Source: a virus
Length of the DNA stretch: 64,000 bases
Strand: one strand, 5' to 3'
IMG/VR virus record: IMGVR_UViG_3300042465_009257
Location: 64,001 to 128,000 of that record
Shown here: in pieces, positions 1 through 8,887 of the stretch
Layout: each line of letters starts with the position of its first letter
How positions within the stretch are numbered: position 1 is the first letter of the stretch
The notes under the pieces: model-generated
Databases searched by the model: none
Seen by the model: the letters and a program-made list of their open reading frames with translations, nothing else
What the model was told of the DNA's origin: nothing
Translations under genes and position numbers: made by a program

Positions 1-1187
1 AATCCTTTATCAACTGGGTCTACATCTACGATTCCCACAAGATAATTGATTAAACTCCCTGCACTAGAGCCTCGTCCGAAGCCATGAGCCAATTTATTTT
101 TACGAGCAAATCTCATCGTCATCCATACGAGTAGAATATAAGAATCAAAACTTGTTTTATCAAGCATATCTAGCTCATACTCAAATCGTTGGCGATATTC
201 CTCTTGTCTATCTTTACTTATGTCGCCATTATTTACTTTTTCTTTATATCCATGTCTGGATAAAATACGAAGAGTTTCAATATTCGTGGCACCCTCTGGA
301 ATATTAAATTCCAATCGATCTTCCTCATCTAACTTAAACTCAGGCAATCTTACTCCTGGTAGAAACAAATCCAAAGGAGTCTCAAACTGCTTTTCAAAAT
401 CAGACTCTCCATCGCCCAAGATATCCTTATTTTCATTCCAACTCTCTAAGCAAAACTCTGCTGAAGAGAAAAACTCCATATTTGGCTCTTCGATTGTATT
501 TCCACTACCAAAAGATTTTCTGTCCATTAGTTTCCGCGCTTGGAAATAAGTAAGATCTGCACGGTTCTTGTAATAACAGGTTTTAACCTCGACAGTCTTC
601 AATCCAAACGCCTTTGCATAATCCAAAGTCTTCTCCCTGATAATCCTATCAAAGAACATATCGCAATCTTCAAGAAACATGAAGGGTTGAATCTTACCAA
701 AATCAGGAATTGTGCTTGTTTTCCGAGTCAAGTTATTCATAACAAATCCGTCGTAATGAGGAATAGCTAATACCAATTCATCACTCCAAAGTTCCTGTAA
801 TTTCTTCCAATCAATTCGAGCCTCTTCAAAATATCCATCTACTTGGCCATAGGTTGCCAATTTCACTAAAGATTTCCATCCGGCCTCGCTGCGAACGAAT
901 ATAATGATTTTGGAAGAACTCTGCTTTTCCTTTTTCGTAGCGTCGTCACAAATTGAAACACGCCAGCCAAATACAAGGTTACAATTCAACGCTTTGGCTG
1001 CTTTATAAGCCGGGATAAACCCACCAACATTATCTTCACATAAAAACAGCGTTTTAAATCCATAATCTGCGATAATATCTTCTATGTTATCTGGCTGATC
1101 AGGTTTATTTTTTTCTCCTGATTTAATTGGAGAGATTTGAATAATACTTTTGCCGATACTCATATCGGTCTTGATAAGGGGTAGCAT
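1..1187 (-). CDS. dnaE: DNA polymerase III alpha subunit (DnaE-type), N-terminal part; runs off the left edge
   Basis: Not in the ORF track. Manual translation from ATG 1187 gives MLPLIKTDMSIGKSII... (degenerate PHP domain) ...RFEYELDML...YILLVW...HGFGRGSSAGSLINYLVGIVDVDPVDKG, the DnaE GRGS signature. Confidence 0.92.
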   Translation of the reverse strand, partial: MLPLIKTDMSIGKSIIQISPIKSGEKNKPDQPDNIEDIIADYGFKTLFLCEDNVGGFIPAYKAAKALNCNLVFGWRVSICDDATKKEKQSSSKIIIFVRSEAGWKSLVKLATYGQVDGYFEEARIDWKKLQELWSDELVLAIPHYDGFVMNNLTRKTSTIPDFGKIQPFMFLEDCDMFFDRIIREKTLDYAKAFGLKTVEVKTCYYKNRADLTYFQARKLMDRKSFGSGNTIEEPNMEFFSSAEFCLESWNENKDILGDGESDFEKQFETPLDLFLPGVRLPEFKLDEEDRLEFNIPEGATNIETLRILSRHGYKEKVNNGDISKDRQEEYRQRFEYELDMLDKTSFDSYILLVWMTMRFARKNKLAHGFGRGSSAGSLINYLVGIVDVDPVDKG

Positions 1188-1192
1188 GTATT

Positions 1193-1840
1193 TTAAATAT
1201 CTAGAGCGTAAATTAGTTTATTAAGTACAGAATTTGTCAACTGGCAATCATATTCTCCTCTGTGAGTTTTATTCGGATCGACTTCAATCTGAAATTCTTT
1301 GCACATTGCTGATAGGTTACTCTTCTTCGAACCACGTGCCGGTCGGCCTATTTCCTGCATCTGTGACCCAAGAAAATTCTCAATATCTGGACGAGTTCCA
1401 TTATGATACATTCTAGACAAACATAAAGTATCAATCACTCTCTCAATATATCCATTCCAACCTCGCCAATCACCGCAATCAATAGCAAGTTTTCTAATTA
1501 AGAAAATGTCGTATCCAATAAAATTATGACCCACAACTAAATAATCAGAATTATATAAAAAAGATGAAATTTCTTCCCATACTTCTTCTTTTGGAGTCGC
1601 TAAATCGCGATACCTTTCCATACTAAACCCTGTAATTTGCGCCGCTCTCTTTCCAACTTTTAAATCTGGGTAGAGTGGATAGAGAGACTTTGCCGCCAAT
1701 ACTTTATTCCCCTGATGGATAGAGTATGCAATTTCCCAAGGACGATGTAAGTGTAAAGAAAGACCCTCTGTCTCACTATCAGCTACGAAATATTTTTGCT
1801 GAAAGTTGTGACTCAATCTGGGAATTTTAAATTTACTCAT
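1193..1840 (-). CDS. DEDDh 3'-5' exonuclease (Pol III epsilon-like)
   Basis: ExoI VADSETEG, ExoII GHNFIGYD, ExoIII HRGEYD; directly upstream of dnaE. Confidence 0.88.
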   Translation of the reverse strand: MSKFKIPRLSHNFQQKYFVADSETEGLSLHLHRPWEIAYSIHQGNKVLAAKSLYPLYPDLKVGKRAAQITGFSMERYRDLATPKEEVWEEISSFLYNSDYLVVGHNFIGYDIFLIRKLAIDCGDWRGWNGYIERVIDTLCLSRMYHNGTRPDIENFLGSQMQEIGRPARGSKKSNLSAMCKEFQIEVDPNKTHRGEYDCQLTNSVLNKLIYALDI

Positions 1841-1843
1841 ATT

Positions 1844-2161
1844 TTATATTTTAAAGAAACTATATCCCTCCAATATTTCTACAGCATCCCGCATTTTCTC
1901 TTTTATATCTCCAGTATCAATATTCCCAATCTCATTTGCCGTCATCAAACGGAAACAATCTTCAGAACCATCAATCCCAGCAAACCTTAATCCATTTTTC
2001 CCGAAAGTCAAGACTAAAGTTATACTTTCTTCCGGCGCAGAAGCGATTTCTGAGGCCAAGTCTTGATACCGATCTATATTTTTCCAATCTGAGAGATAAG
2101 CAGCCGTTCGTTTGGCAATTAGTGACGGGGTATAAAGTTGAAATAATGAGGATATACGCAT
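1844..2161 (-). CDS. hypothetical protein
   Basis: 105-aa ORF packed in the minus-strand operon. Confidence 0.6.
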   Translation of the reverse strand: MRISSLFQLYTPSLIAKRTAAYLSDWKNIDRYQDLASEIASAPEESITLVLTFGKNGLRFAGIDGSEDCFRLMTANEIGNIDTGDIKEKMRDAVEILEGYSFFKI

Positions 2162-2202
2162 AATTTTAAAATAAATTATTCAAATTTAACGGACAGGAGA
2201 TC

Positions 2203-2226
2203 ATAGGAGGAGATATCTCCTCTTAT
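2203..2226. repeat. near-perfect palindrome with perfect 16-bp core GAGGAGATATCTCCTC (2207-2222)
   Basis: Read directly; intergenic. Confidence 0.7.
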
Positions 2227-2459
2227 AAAAAGAAAAATTGATCCTCCGCAAAAATTACCTCAATTACCTCATACCCTTTAGCCTCATAACTTTTCTTGAC
2301 TTCCCACTCTTCGCCCTTGATGCCTTCTAAGAAGAATGGTCCTACACCGCCACGGCAATCGATACGATAGCAGCCTGTCGGAATTTTTTTAGACTCTATA
2401 GCTGGTTTAACTATATAGCCCAGATTTTTTAAAAATTGGATGGCTGATTCCTCTGTCAT
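2223..2459 (-). CDS. hypothetical protein
   Basis: 78-aa ORF in operon orientation. Confidence 0.55.
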   Translation of the reverse strand: MTEESAIQFLKNLGYIVKPAIESKKIPTGCYRIDCRGGVGPFFLEGIKGEEWEVKKSYEAKGYEVIEVIFAEDQFFFL

Positions 2460-2491
2460 AATTTTGCTTCTTACTATGAATTTTTAAGATA

Positions 2492-3484
2492 TCAAGAATT
2501 ATTTTTTAGCTCTTCTCTCCAAGCCCAACAGCCTGGATGAGAACATTGCAAAATTAAATCCCCTTCTTTCTTTATTTTATCTAATTCAATTCGATTTCTA
2601 TCCGTTTTAATAGTTTTACCATCACGGGATAAAGCAAAATAAAGGAATGGTTTCCGATAATCACAGGCCCAGTGTTCACTGCCGTCAGGCTTTTTCGCGG
2701 TAAGATCTTTTTTCCCGCAGGCCCAACTTTTTCCTGGGCCTTTATCTTTCGGAGTGTTTCCCTTAGCATCCTCAAAGGTAAGAGAGTCAATATGTTGAGA
2801 AACCTCCTTGAGCCATACAGAAAATCCTTCCATTTCCCTTTCTCCAATGGTCGGTGCTGTTTGGGTAACTTTCGGGGGAAATTTCAAAAACTGGAAATCA
2901 AATGTCACTGTTTTCCCCGGCCATAGTTGTTGGGCGGCGTAAGTGTAGAAATAATTCTGTAGATTGAAATTGAGTTCTTCTTTGCTGAACTTCTTTTTGC
3001 TTGTTTTGTAGTCAATAATCCGAACGCTGTCTTTCCCAACCGCTGCTTTGTCGATAAATCCATTTAGAGTAAACCCATCCCCCTCAAGAAGAAAATGTCG
3101 CTCAATCTCTACCGAATCTGCGCCATCACAATAAAAATCGCTTTGAATTGCCGCGAGAATAAATTGTCGGATCATCTCAAAATTGTCATGGTCGTGAACC
3201 CCTTCTTTTACGGCTAAAATGTAAGCGAGTCGTCTTGTTGCTTCATCATGCCACGGGTCCTTTAATTCTGTCATTTTCTCCACTTTCTTCCGGCGCTTGG
3301 GGTTCGAAAGGCACTCTAAAACGGCGTGCGTAACTCCACCCCTTCTTGCTCCGTCATTAGAAGTTCCTGGGATTCCGCATTCTCCATTTTTGTGTCCTTT
3401 GTAACCGTACCAGTATTTTAACGAACAATCGAAAAAAGTTTTGGTCCTACTCGGGCTTAGTTTTAATTTGGACTTTTCTGACAT
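2492..3484 (-). CDS. Cas4/RecB-like PD-(D/E)xK exonuclease
   Basis: LSPSR...C...Y N-terminus, GFID...IIDYKT nuclease motifs, Q...Y helix and C-terminal Cys residues compatible with an Fe-S cluster. Confidence 0.85.
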   Translation of the reverse strand: MSEKSKLKLSPSRTKTFFDCSLKYWYGYKGHKNGECGIPGTSNDGARRGGVTHAVLECLSNPKRRKKVEKMTELKDPWHDEATRRLAYILAVKEGVHDHDNFEMIRQFILAAIQSDFYCDGADSVEIERHFLLEGDGFTLNGFIDKAAVGKDSVRIIDYKTSKKKFSKEELNFNLQNYFYTYAAQQLWPGKTVTFDFQFLKFPPKVTQTAPTIGEREMEGFSVWLKEVSQHIDSLTFEDAKGNTPKDKGPGKSWACGKKDLTAKKPDGSEHWACDYRKPFLYFALSRDGKTIKTDRNRIELDKIKKEGDLILQCSHPGCWAWREELKNNS

Positions 3485-3492
3485 TTATTTTA

Positions 3493-3618
3493 AAATTTAT
3501 TAACTTTGGTAATTATAAAAATGCCAAAGAGGCGGCGGAAGTCTACGATAGAAAAGCTATTGAATTAAAGGGCAAGAATGCCAGAACAAACTTCCCAATA
3601 AAAACTATATTAATTTAA
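3493..3618 (+). pseudogene. AP2 DNA-binding domain remnant (tail of a lost HNH-AP2 homing endonuclease)
   Basis: Intergenic + frame reads KFINFGNYKNAKEAAEVYDRKAIELKGKNARTNFPIKTILI*, matching the AP2 pattern GxF/Y...EAA..YD..A....G..A..NF; no ATG in this segment. Confidence 0.75.
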
Positions 3619-4873
3619 TTTCAGAACCTTTAGAATAAATAATCTGTTGTAATCCCCAATCTGCGAAAAGTAGTCCTTGTCCCGCCTGGACATTTCCCAC
3701 GTAACCGGCATCTACGTGGTATTTATCAGGAGGGCATAGCGCTGGACAGATCATAACCCGAATTCCCTTAATGTCAAGAAGTTTTTCCGTATGAGTATGA
3801 CCCCCGAGAACAAAAAATTGTTCATAATTTGAAACCTCTTTTTGGTTTTCTCTCATCATAATCAATGGGAGGTCCGCCAATTTAATGCCGTCTGTGTGAG
3901 TAAAACAAATTAAAGTTTTCTCAAATCCAAAGTATTTTCTATTTAGAGGGCGATTGTCTACACTTACATTTTCGTGATTGCGGAAAAAGGCTTTAACGTA
4001 ACTACCTAGTGCATATTCTGTCAACCTAGCATGGTTCCCACAAACAATCATTACCTCAACCTTGAATTGTGACGCGAGTTTCTGAACTACGTCAGTGATC
4101 ATTTCGCAAACCTCATTGTAAAGAGTGTGCCAACTACAGGCCCCTTCTAATCTCGTCCCCTTTGTAGTGGTCACTTGTTCATTTTCAAAATGAATTAGAT
4201 CAGAACCGCATACTAGCATAACTGTCCCGATTTCTCCAACAGGCGCACTTTTAATCAGTTCGTCAACAGCGTCTTTGTAAACCTGTTTCGCGATTTCCAA
4301 GTTATAATCGCCCCATCCAGTTTCGCTCGACTTCGCGATTTTTCCTCCATGCCAGTCCTGAAGATTGAGGATGTATAGTTTCCCACCATCTTTCGGTTTG
4401 GTGTATTTGAATGATTTGGGGGCAATCTTTTCGGCATTTTTCTCAAAACCTTCCAGTAAAGACTCAAGAGCTTTCTCTTCCACCTTCTTACGGAACTCGG
4501 CCTTTACCGACCAATCACCTTTCCAAACTCCAACGCTACTCTTCACCATCTCCCAAACTTCTAAGTCTACCCGTGCAGCTTCAATTAATCCGTCTAGAGT
4601 ACTGACTCCCTTAATTTCTGCTACCGCAGTATCACCATGATCTTGGAAACCTTCAACATTCACGAATACAGTTTCAACCTCTATTCGAGGAATAGCTGCC
4701 CGCTCCTTCTTAGTCAGACTTTTATCAATCTTATTATAATAATCGTTACCTTGCGTTTTGCCAAGGCCGCGTTCGTGCCGGATATATTTACGAATATCTG
4801 TTGGATTTTCCCCAGCCAGGATCTTTCCTTTGATTTTGGCGGCGAAACTGTCAGGGTCGAATGTGTCGTGCAT
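3605..4873 (-). CDS. calcineurin-like metallophosphoesterase with N-terminal extension
   Basis: Motifs DWH, GSD, GNH, TH, GHTH; start moved to ATG 4873 because a TTGACT-17-TATAAT promoter ends 7 nt upstream. Confidence 0.85.
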   Translation of the reverse strand: MHDTFDPDSFAAKIKGKILAGENPTDIRKYIRHERGLGKTQGNDYYNKIDKSLTKKERAAIPRIEVETVFVNVEGFQDHGDTAVAEIKGVSTLDGLIEAARVDLEVWEMVKSSVGVWKGDWSVKAEFRKKVEEKALESLLEGFEKNAEKIAPKSFKYTKPKDGGKLYILNLQDWHGGKIAKSSETGWGDYNLEIAKQVYKDAVDELIKSAPVGEIGTVMLVCGSDLIHFENEQVTTTKGTRLEGACSWHTLYNEVCEMITDVVQKLASQFKVEVMIVCGNHARLTEYALGSYVKAFFRNHENVSVDNRPLNRKYFGFEKTLICFTHTDGIKLADLPLIMMRENQKEVSNYEQFFVLGGHTHTEKLLDIKGIRVMICPALCPPDKYHVDAGYVGNVQAGQGLLFADWGLQQIIYSKGSEIKLI

Positions 4874-4880
4874 CGTGAAT

Positions 4881-4909
4881 ATTATACGGTTTATAAGAGA
4901 ATTAGTCAA
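4881..4909 (-). promoter_or_regulatory. sigma70-type promoter TTGACT-N17-TATAAT
   Basis: Near-consensus hexamers, 17-nt spacer, 7 nt before ATG 4873. Confidence 0.8.
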
Positions 4910-5498
4910 TGCTCCATTGTTGGGCAATTGCTTCCGCCATTCCTTCAAAACTTTTAGAGCGAATTTTCCAACGATCTGGTCCTGGAGGAGCGCGGTGAAT
5001 AGCAGACCATAGTTTATGTTCTTCGGTTCCTTTAACAGGAGGAGTCAATTTATGAGTCGGAACTAGCGGGGGTAAATTCTTTAGCCAAAAACAAGTTGCC
5101 TTAAAGGCCAGATCGCCAAACCACCAAGGCTGAACAATACAATCTGGCTTTCGATAACGGCTCGACATAATACCAATTGGATTTTCTACCGCAATTTTGG
5201 GGATTGGAGCATTAATGAGTTTCATAAAAAACTCAATTGCTGCTTGTTGTGATCCATCTGCAATCTTTTGAGGAAACCATCTCGCGCCACTCACGCAAAG
5301 ATGAGTGCATTCGGGGTGAAAAATAGCAAGATCCCATCCATCTTCTAAATGATTCATCACATCATCTTGAATATGAAAAGGAGAACCGTCATCAGCGGGA
5401 AGAATGTCAAGGCTCCAAGCATCATGGCCAAGTTTTCTAAAAGCTTCCCGAATTGTTCCGCTTGATTCACAGCCAACGAGGATTTTAAGTTTTTTCAT
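4902..5498 (-). CDS. short phage DNA (cytosine-5) methyltransferase-like protein
   Basis: SAM-binding start LVGCESSG, catalytic HPECT (PC-like), ENP motif, KATCFW; little or no target-recognition domain. Confidence 0.72.
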   Translation of the reverse strand: MKKLKILVGCESSGTIREAFRKLGHDAWSLDILPADDGSPFHIQDDVMNHLEDGWDLAIFHPECTHLCVSGARWFPQKIADGSQQAAIEFFMKLINAPIPKIAVENPIGIMSSRYRKPDCIVQPWWFGDLAFKATCFWLKNLPPLVPTHKLTPPVKGTEEHKLWSAIHRAPPGPDRWKIRSKSFEGMAEAIAQQWSID

Positions 5499-6151
5499 TT
5501 TTGTTTTGAATTTCTAATTTGCATTACCGCATCCTCAATATTCATTCCTTTTGTAGTGATTCTATATCTCAATTTTTCATAATCTACTTCTAAAGTCTCC
5601 GATAGCTCCACCATTGTAATTTCACGCCCTTGGTAATTAATAATATTATTATTCCTTTTATTTCTGCCCTGCTCTTTTAAAGATGACCATTTACAATTTT
5701 CAATACTGTATCCTTTATTATTATCTTTTCTATCTAAAGTTTTTCCTTCGGGCCTTTCCCCCATATCCAATAAAAATAAACTAAAATCTTTCCATCTTTC
5801 TTCTATGGTAATTCCTCTTCCTCCATAGTCTTTATACCTTTTCTTGTTTTTTTGATTGACTCTAGCCCACATTGATTCCCAAGATGAATAGGTTGGGCTT
5901 TTTATACTATTTTTAATATGCCCATGTTTAATACTTCTCTCTCCAATGTTATCCATGAATTCTTGAGCTAAACATCCGCAACTTTTTATTTTTCCGCTAG
6001 TTACACTCCACCGTAAATATTCCTTTTCTTTCCCGCAGTCACATTTAAAAAGATAAAGACGGTTTCCAACGTATTTTACTACTGTCAGTCGTTCAAATTT
6101 TAGCCCAGTTTGAAGATATTCTCTTGCCATATTTTTAATATTTAACGTCAA
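5495..6151 (-). CDS. HNH-type free-standing homing endonuclease
   Basis: KCDCG...KSCGC zinc motif, YGGRGI, TLDRKDNNKGYSIENCKW...EQGRNKR. Confidence 0.82.
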   Translation of the reverse strand: MTLNIKNMAREYLQTGLKFERLTVVKYVGNRLYLFKCDCGKEKEYLRWSVTSGKIKSCGCLAQEFMDNIGERSIKHGHIKNSIKSPTYSSWESMWARVNQKNKKRYKDYGGRGITIEERWKDFSLFLLDMGERPEGKTLDRKDNNKGYSIENCKWSSLKEQGRNKRNNNIINYQGREITMVELSETLEVDYEKLRYRITTKGMNIEDAVMQIRNSKQK

Positions 6152-7058
6152 ATTTATTTACCCAGTTTGAAATCTCTTCTTTATTCATCTCGCCAAAATC
6201 ACCTTTGCTTGGTGGGGCGTTGATAATTTTATCTGAAGAAAAAAAAGTAGAAAGCTTTATCTTTATTTTAGCAGCGGCGATTTGGCCCCTATTCTCCAAG
6301 CTGTCTGCATCATCATTCAGAGCTACGAAGATAGAGGTTGGGTTGATTTTTAATAAGAAGCTAAGTCTCGCCGCAGATAGAGACAACCCAAAATTACATA
6401 ATACATTCCAGTAGCCCGAATCACAAAGTTGCAATACATCTCCTATGCTTTCTACAATAATGATTTGACCAGTCTGCCGAATTGCTTCGATGTTCCTCTC
6501 AAATGCCGGGTAAATCCAATCACTCTTTGAGCCTTTAAGCTTCCATTTAACGACGCCCCTTTCTCCACGATTCAATGCGTCCCGTCCTGCCGCCCCAATC
6601 AATTTCCCCTTATCATTTCGGATCTTAAATACAATTCTTCCATAAAGGGGGCCATTTTGTGCTAAACCTGCCCCCATGTAATCTAATGTCTCTTTCGAAA
6701 TTCCGCGCCGCAAGAAGAAATCGTAGCTTTTTACCAAATCGGCGTAATCAGATTCTACTAGAAATTTTTGTACTTTTATCTTTTCCTTGTCTTGCTCTTC
6801 ATATTCGCCGTCATCAACATCAGTGCCCGTAAGCCACTTTTTTGCGTCGGCCTCGCTAATCTTTTTGCAAATAGAAACAAACTTTTCCCAAGTCAAGAAA
6901 CGAGATTCAATAGCATCCCAGACATTACTTTCGTAACACCAAGCACCATTAGGATTATTTCCGCCGCGATACTCGGTTGAGATTGCACAATAGTTGCCCC
7001 CAACATAGTTTACGGCAATACCTAGTCTATCTAGACGATTTCGGATTTTATCTAACAT
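6135..7058 (-). CDS. DNA primase (DnaG-like TOPRIM)
   Basis: RIVFKIRND..G..GR core, TOPRIM IIVESIGD and LNDD, C-terminal GDFGE. Confidence 0.85.
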   Translation of the reverse strand: MLDKIRNRLDRLGIAVNYVGGNYCAISTEYRGGNNPNGAWCYESNVWDAIESRFLTWEKFVSICKKISEADAKKWLTGTDVDDGEYEEQDKEKIKVQKFLVESDYADLVKSYDFFLRRGISKETLDYMGAGLAQNGPLYGRIVFKIRNDKGKLIGAAGRDALNRGERGVVKWKLKGSKSDWIYPAFERNIEAIRQTGQIIIVESIGDVLQLCDSGYWNVLCNFGLSLSAARLSFLLKINPTSIFVALNDDADSLENRGQIAAAKIKIKLSTFFSSDKIINAPPSKGDFGEMNKEEISNWVNKFDVKY

Positions 7059-7409
7059 TTATAAAGAAAATGGACTCCACTCTACACGATATCCCGCTTT
7101 TTGCAAATCTTCTACCATATTTTTTGCGGCAAATTCATTGTAACTATGTACCACAAATTCCTTAACATCGGGCTTATTAGCTGTAATAAATCTCACAACC
7201 TCTGAGCCAGTATTCTTCTCTGCGGGATTTTGATAAGCCTCTCCATTTAAATCATGATCTAAAGAAACGAGATCATACCGACCCTCTTTCAAAGCCTCAA
7301 TGCAATCTGCCGCGTTCCAAACCTGACGCAATTCATCACCCTGCTCTTTAGTTTGGAAGAACTTCGAGTGCCTGGACGAATCATCATCACAAAAAAGTAT
7401 TTTTTTCAT
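7059..7409 (-). CDS. stand-alone receiver-fold protein (cyclic-phosphate-processing REC type)
   Basis: ILFCDDD, LVSLDHDL, TG, VHSYN motifs. Confidence 0.72.
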   Translation of the reverse strand: MKKILFCDDDSSRHSKFFQTKEQGDELRQVWNAADCIEALKEGRYDLVSLDHDLNGEAYQNPAEKNTGSEVVRFITANKPDVKEFVVHSYNEFAAKNMVEDLQKAGYRVEWSPFSL

Positions 7410-7425
7410 ATTTGTTAAAATAAAA

Positions 7426-7452
7426 TTTCAAATTGTTTTACGCTCCCTGTAA
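7426..7452 (+). promoter_or_regulatory. class II promoter TTTCA-N17-TGTAA with overlapping TTAC-N7-GTAA palindrome (7438-7452)
   Basis: Same spacing as the motif before tail genes; 12 nt before ATG 7465. Confidence 0.65.
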
Positions 7453-7464
7453 CTAAAGGTATCT

Positions 7465-7620
7465 ATGAGATTAAAAATTGTTACCGAAAAATATCACTTC
7501 ACCTTTAGTAAGTCATTATCAGAATTGTTTAAGAGAATTGTTAAAGAGACTGACCTTTCTCAAATTCGCGTTATTGAGCGTGCCATCGAAGATTTCGCGG
7601 TTAAGAAGGGGGTAAAATAA
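7465..7620 (+). CDS. ribbon-helix-helix DNA-binding protein (51 aa), copy 1
   Basis: Not in the ORF track. MRLKIVTEKYHFTFSKSLSELFKRIVKETDLSQIRVIERAIEDFAVKKGVK: alternating beta strand then two amphipathic helices; 21/51 identical, ungapped, to 25571-25729. Confidence 0.8.
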   Translation: MRLKIVTEKYHFTFSKSLSELFKRIVKETDLSQIRVIERAIEDFAVKKGVK

Positions 7621-7621
7621 T

Positions 7622-8620
7622 ATGAAGAAGGGTCGTGGAAATTACAGGCTAGACAATTATGTTTATCTATACTTAGATAATCGGAAGCTTGGTAAATGGG
7701 AATTTAGAGACTGGACTTTTCTTTATCAGCCATTTTATGTCGGACGCGGTCTTGATGATAGAATTAACGCACATACAAAGCCGTCTGAACTTTCTAAACC
7801 TTTTCGGAAATCTAGGATAATAAATAAAATAAGACGAGTTCTAGGGGAGGAGGTTATCCGATTTAAACTTTATGAAGATTTATCTTACCAAGAATCGGCG
7901 TTCCTCGAAAAGGATATAATTGCATTTTTTGGGAGAGAGAAAAATGGAGGTATTTTGGTTAATCTCTCTAAGGACGAATGGGACCGCCCGGCGAAAGAAC
8001 GAACTTCAAAAACCTCAAATTCAAGAGCGTTACCCACGAGTAAAAGAGTTAATCAATATTCTTTAGATGGAGTTTTTATAAAAACTTGGGAGTATTTAAC
8101 AGAAATAAGAAACTCTCTGAGAGGGAAAAGTCGAGGGATTGAGTATAGAATCAGAGAATGTTGCAGGGGCGAAAGAGATAACTGTGATGGTTTTATTTGG
8201 AAATATGAGGGGACTTCCCCTTACTCTCCTCCTCGCATTCCTCAGCCACACTCTAAACCTGTTTTTCAATATTTCAATGGGAATTTTGTAAAAAGTTATG
8301 AATCTGGTGTCGAGGCGGCATTACAAACCGGATTAAATCATAAAGCTATATCACTATGTTGTCTAGGAAAAACTAAGACATCAGGAGGTTTTCGGTGGTT
8401 TTTCGAATATGTAGGAGAATCTATACCTCCTCTTGCAGCCACTGTTCGAAAACTATACGGAAGAGGTGTCAACTGTTTCGATTTGGAAATGAACTTTCTT
8501 GAAAAATATATAAATATCAAGGATTTTTCAAGATCCAACTCTATAAATGAATCTGCGGGCTATCGCGCTGTAAATACTGGTTTACCCGTTAAGGGGTTTT
8601 ATGTAAAATACTCTTCATAG
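7622..8620 (+). CDS. GIY-YIG (LEM-3-like) endonuclease with NUMOD1-type repeats
   Basis: YVYLY...FYVGRG...R...H, E in FLEKDII, LVN; repeats VNQYSLDGVFIKTW / VFQYFNGNFVKSY...GGFRW. Confidence 0.82.
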   Translation: MKKGRGNYRLDNYVYLYLDNRKLGKWEFRDWTFLYQPFYVGRGLDDRINAHTKPSELSKPFRKSRIINKIRRVLGEEVIRFKLYEDLSYQESAFLEKDIIAFFGREKNGGILVNLSKDEWDRPAKERTSKTSNSRALPTSKRVNQYSLDGVFIKTWEYLTEIRNSLRGKSRGIEYRIRECCRGERDNCDGFIWKYEGTSPYSPPRIPQPHSKPVFQYFNGNFVKSYESGVEAALQTGLNHKAISLCCLGKTKTSGGFRWFFEYVGESIPPLAATVRKLYGRGVNCFDLEMNFLEKYINIKDFSRSNSINESAGYRAVNTGLPVKGFYVKYSS

Positions 8621-8623
8621 TTT

Positions 8624-8884
8624 TCATTTCGTTAATTTCTCAACCTCATTTAATTTTTTAATAATCTTCCCAACATTCTTAATTGCCGCTAGATCAACTT
8701 TAACATCATAAATCACTAAACCTTTTTTAAAAGAAATATTGATTCCAAATGCAGCATCAGCGCTAATCCAACCTCCGTCAAATTCCGCCCAAGCTAGGTC
8801 GTCGGCGTGACCGATTTTAGTAACTTTGATCCCGGCTGATATTAAGATTTCGTTAATTTGGGCAATGGTCGCTTCTGTATCCAT
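8624..8884 (-). CDS. hypothetical protein
   Basis: 86-aa ORF in operon. Confidence 0.6.
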   Translation of the reverse strand: MDTEATIAQINEILISAGIKVTKIGHADDLAWAEFDGGWISADAAFGINISFKKGLVIYDVKVDLAAIKNVGKIIKKLNEVEKLTK

Positions 8885-8887
8885 TTC

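Noticed and set aside
2492-3484. CRISPR-Cas system suggested by the Cas4-like gene
   Set aside because: No repeat-spacer array or other cas genes were seen; solo Cas4-like nucleases are common in phage replication regions
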